Made by a program: the position numbers and the translations under genes. From IMG/VR virus record IMGVR_UViG_2778261570_000016: a stretch of 27,732 nucleotides of DNA; one strand, written 5' to 3'. The stretch is from a virus (taxonomy: Duplodnaviria; Heunggongvirae; Uroviricota; Caudoviricetes). The notes beneath the pieces were generated by a model that saw nothing but the letters and a program-made list of their open reading frames with translations, was not told the origin of the DNA and searched no databases. Shown here in pieces: positions 24,654-27,732 of this stretch. How positions within the stretch are numbered: position 1 is the stretch's first letter; each line of letters begins with the position of its first letter.

Positions 24654-26158
24654 TTCTTGGATTCGGCAATAACGTTGTTTCAGCACTGGCTGGTGATATT
24701 ACGACGATTCAGACTGATATTCCGGTGATGCCTGGTACGGGGGCTAAATTTGCAAAATTGCTTTCTGCCGATTTTGAAAATAAATCAAACGGGCAACGCA
24801 TCTATGCAAAAATTACGCTTACCGATAATAAAGAGTCAGCGTTTGAGATTTGTCACCTGGTATCGGTAAGCGGTGATGTGCTGAAAGTCATTCGTGGGCA
24901 GGAAGGAACAACCGCGAAAGGTTGGTCCCTTAATGACGTTGTGGCTAACTTTGCCACGCGTGGTTCGGAAAACCATTTCGTACAGATAGCGCAGCTTCAG
25001 AGTGGTCATTATATTGCGGGAGTTGCTGGCGGCACTGCAAACGCGCTGACTCTGGAGCTTCCCGCGACGTTTTTTGTTAATGGAGGTACAGACTGGACGC
25101 TACGAACCCCGATTATCGTTTTCCCCGTTCAGAACAATACCAATGCCGCGACACTTCAATTAACACTGGGCGGAAAGGTTCTTGGTACGTTCCCGCTTTA
25201 TAAGGGGAACAAGTCCGAGCTGGTAGCGAACGATATCATTAAAGGCATTCCCTTAATTTGTCTTCTTGATAGCGAGAAAAGCTATTTCAGCGTGATAAAC
25301 CCTGGCAATATCTATTCAGATTTTGATCTGCGATATGTAAAAAAATCTGGTGATTTGATGACCGGGGAACTGAAAATCCGTGGTGTTAATGCGCTGAGGA
25401 TTTTCAACGAAGCCTTTGGTCTGATTTTTCGTCGTTCGGAAGAGTGCCTGCACCTTATACCAACACAGGAAAACCAGGGTGAAAATGGCGATATTGGCCC
25501 CCTGCGTCCGTTCACCATAAATCTGCGGACGGGTGAGATAACCATGTCCAAAGTGTCTGTTGGTGGTGATTCACAGGTACGTGGTGCGCTGGGTATCGGT
25601 GTTCAGAACGCGCTGGGTGGAAACTCAATTGCTTTCGGGGATAACGATACAGGTATAAAACAAAACGGCGACGGCATTCTGGATGTTTATGCGAATGGAC
25701 AGCATGTATTTCGTTTCCAGAATGGTGTGGCGATAGCGTTAAAAAATATTCAGGCCGGAAATGCTAAAAAATTCACGTTATCCAGCGTCAACAACTCCAC
25801 GAAAAACGCAACGTTTAATTTATGGGGTAATTCATCCCGACCTGTAGTTGTAGAGCTTGGTGATGATTCCGGCTGGCATTTTTACAGCCAGAGAAATACG
25901 GATAACAGCATAACGTTCGCTGTAAACGGGCAGATGGTTCCATCAAACTACGGAAACTTTGATGCCCGCTATCAGACCAAAACAGGCGGTGTACAGGATG
26001 TGCGTCTGGGCGGTGCCATTGGTATTGGGCGTGGCGGGAATGCACCATCAGGTCACCTTATCAGCGGTCTTGATGGTGGTGAAAGTATGGACTGGGCCAA
26101 TGCCCGCCCGGTGCAGGTTCTGATTAATGGCGTCTGGCGGAATGTAGCGAGTTTGTAA
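24650..26158 (+). CDS. Tail fibre protein (P2 gpH-like C-terminal receptor-binding region)
   Basis: C-terminal block GDNDTGIKQNGDGILDVYANGQHVFRFQNGVAIALKNIQAG...FNLWG...GWHFYSQRNTDNS...FAVNGQM closely matches my recollection of the P2 gpH family; followed by a Tfa gene. Confidence 0.8.
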   Translation: MILGFGNNVVSALAGDITTIQTDIPVMPGTGAKFAKLLSADFENKSNGQRIYAKITLTDNKESAFEICHLVSVSGDVLKVIRGQEGTTAKGWSLNDVVANFATRGSENHFVQIAQLQSGHYIAGVAGGTANALTLELPATFFVNGGTDWTLRTPIIVFPVQNNTNAATLQLTLGGKVLGTFPLYKGNKSELVANDIIKGIPLICLLDSEKSYFSVINPGNIYSDFDLRYVKKSGDLMTGELKIRGVNALRIFNEAFGLIFRRSEECLHLIPTQENQGENGDIGPLRPFTINLRTGEITMSKVSVGGDSQVRGALGIGVQNALGGNSIAFGDNDTGIKQNGDGILDVYANGQHVFRFQNGVAIALKNIQAGNAKKFTLSSVNNSTKNATFNLWGNSSRPVVVELGDDSGWHFYSQRNTDNSITFAVNGQMVPSNYGNFDARYQTKTGGVQDVRLGGAIGIGRGGNAPSGHLISGLDGGESMDWANARPVQVLINGVWRNVASL

Positions 26159-26160
26159 TT

Positions 26161-26709
26161 ATGATGCACTTAAAATATATTACGGCACAAAATCCCAAAA
26201 CAATTGAGCAATACCAGCTGGCGCGACAGCATAAATTTTTATTGTGGCTGTTCTCCGATGATGGCCAGGAATGGCACGAAGCCCAGGAAAAATTTCAGCC
26301 AGACACTCTGAAAGTTATTTATGTCGAAACTGGCGAAGTGGTCTGGGTCGGAAAAGACATCACCTCAATCTGCCCGGAAAATAAAAGTGTGATTGAGTTG
26401 CCGGATATTACCGCTAATCGTCGCATTGAGGCGTCGGGATACTGGTTCTATCGCAATGATGAATTTGTTTTTGACTACAAACTTAAAGCGGAAGATGAGC
26501 GTGATGCCCTGTTAAAACAGGTCAGCATCATGACCAGCGAATGGGAAAAAGACCTGCTGCTGGGATTAATCAGTGACGAAGACAGGGAGAAGCTGAAAGC
26601 GTACCGCATTTACGCGAAATCGCTGCAGGCGCTGGATTTCAGCACCATCGCTGATAAAACCTCATATAACGCCATTGAATGGCCCGTCTCTCCGGAAGCC
26701 TCTTCCTGA
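26161..26709 (+). CDS. Tail fibre assembly protein (P2 gpG / Tfa-like chaperone)
   Basis: N-terminus MMHLKYITAQNPKTIEQYQL...ELPDITANRR matches the conserved start of P2 G-type tail fibre assembly proteins; directly downstream of the fibre gene. Confidence 0.8.
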   Translation: MMHLKYITAQNPKTIEQYQLARQHKFLLWLFSDDGQEWHEAQEKFQPDTLKVIYVETGEVVWVGKDITSICPENKSVIELPDITANRRIEASGYWFYRNDEFVFDYKLKAEDERDALLKQVSIMTSEWEKDLLLGLISDEDREKLKAYRIYAKSLQALDFSTIADKTSYNAIEWPVSPEASS

Positions 26710-26714
26710 TTTAA

Positions 26715-27732
<1,018 letters not shown>

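Overview
This window reads as an almost complete late region of a temperate, contractile-tailed (myovirus-type) prophage from an enterobacterial host, with nearly every gene on the + strand. Order: lysis cassette (holin-like membrane proteins, M15 peptidase endolysin, a small membrane peptide and lipoprotein), a ParB-like nuclease with a GT-A-like enzyme, small and large terminase, portal, MuF-like head morphogenesis protein, scaffold-like protein with a charged coiled-coil repeat, major capsid, head-tail joining genes, sheath, tube, tail assembly chaperone with a -1 frameshift site, tape measure with a lytic transglycosylase domain, baseplate hub/spike/wedge genes, a P2 gpH-like tail fibre with its assembly chaperone, and the start of a second, collagen-repeat tail fibre. 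The only minus-strand coding is an AT-rich two-gene insertion (secreted protein plus AntA-like antirepressor) inside the baseplate cluster, which is the best candidate for an undescribed accessory function. The ParB-like/GT-A-like pair ahead of the terminase is the second. No rRNA, tRNA, CRISPR array or integrase was seen. All calls rest on reading the six-frame translations and sequence by eye; no database search was run, and coordinates I counted from the text rather than from the ORF track may be off by 1-2 nt.
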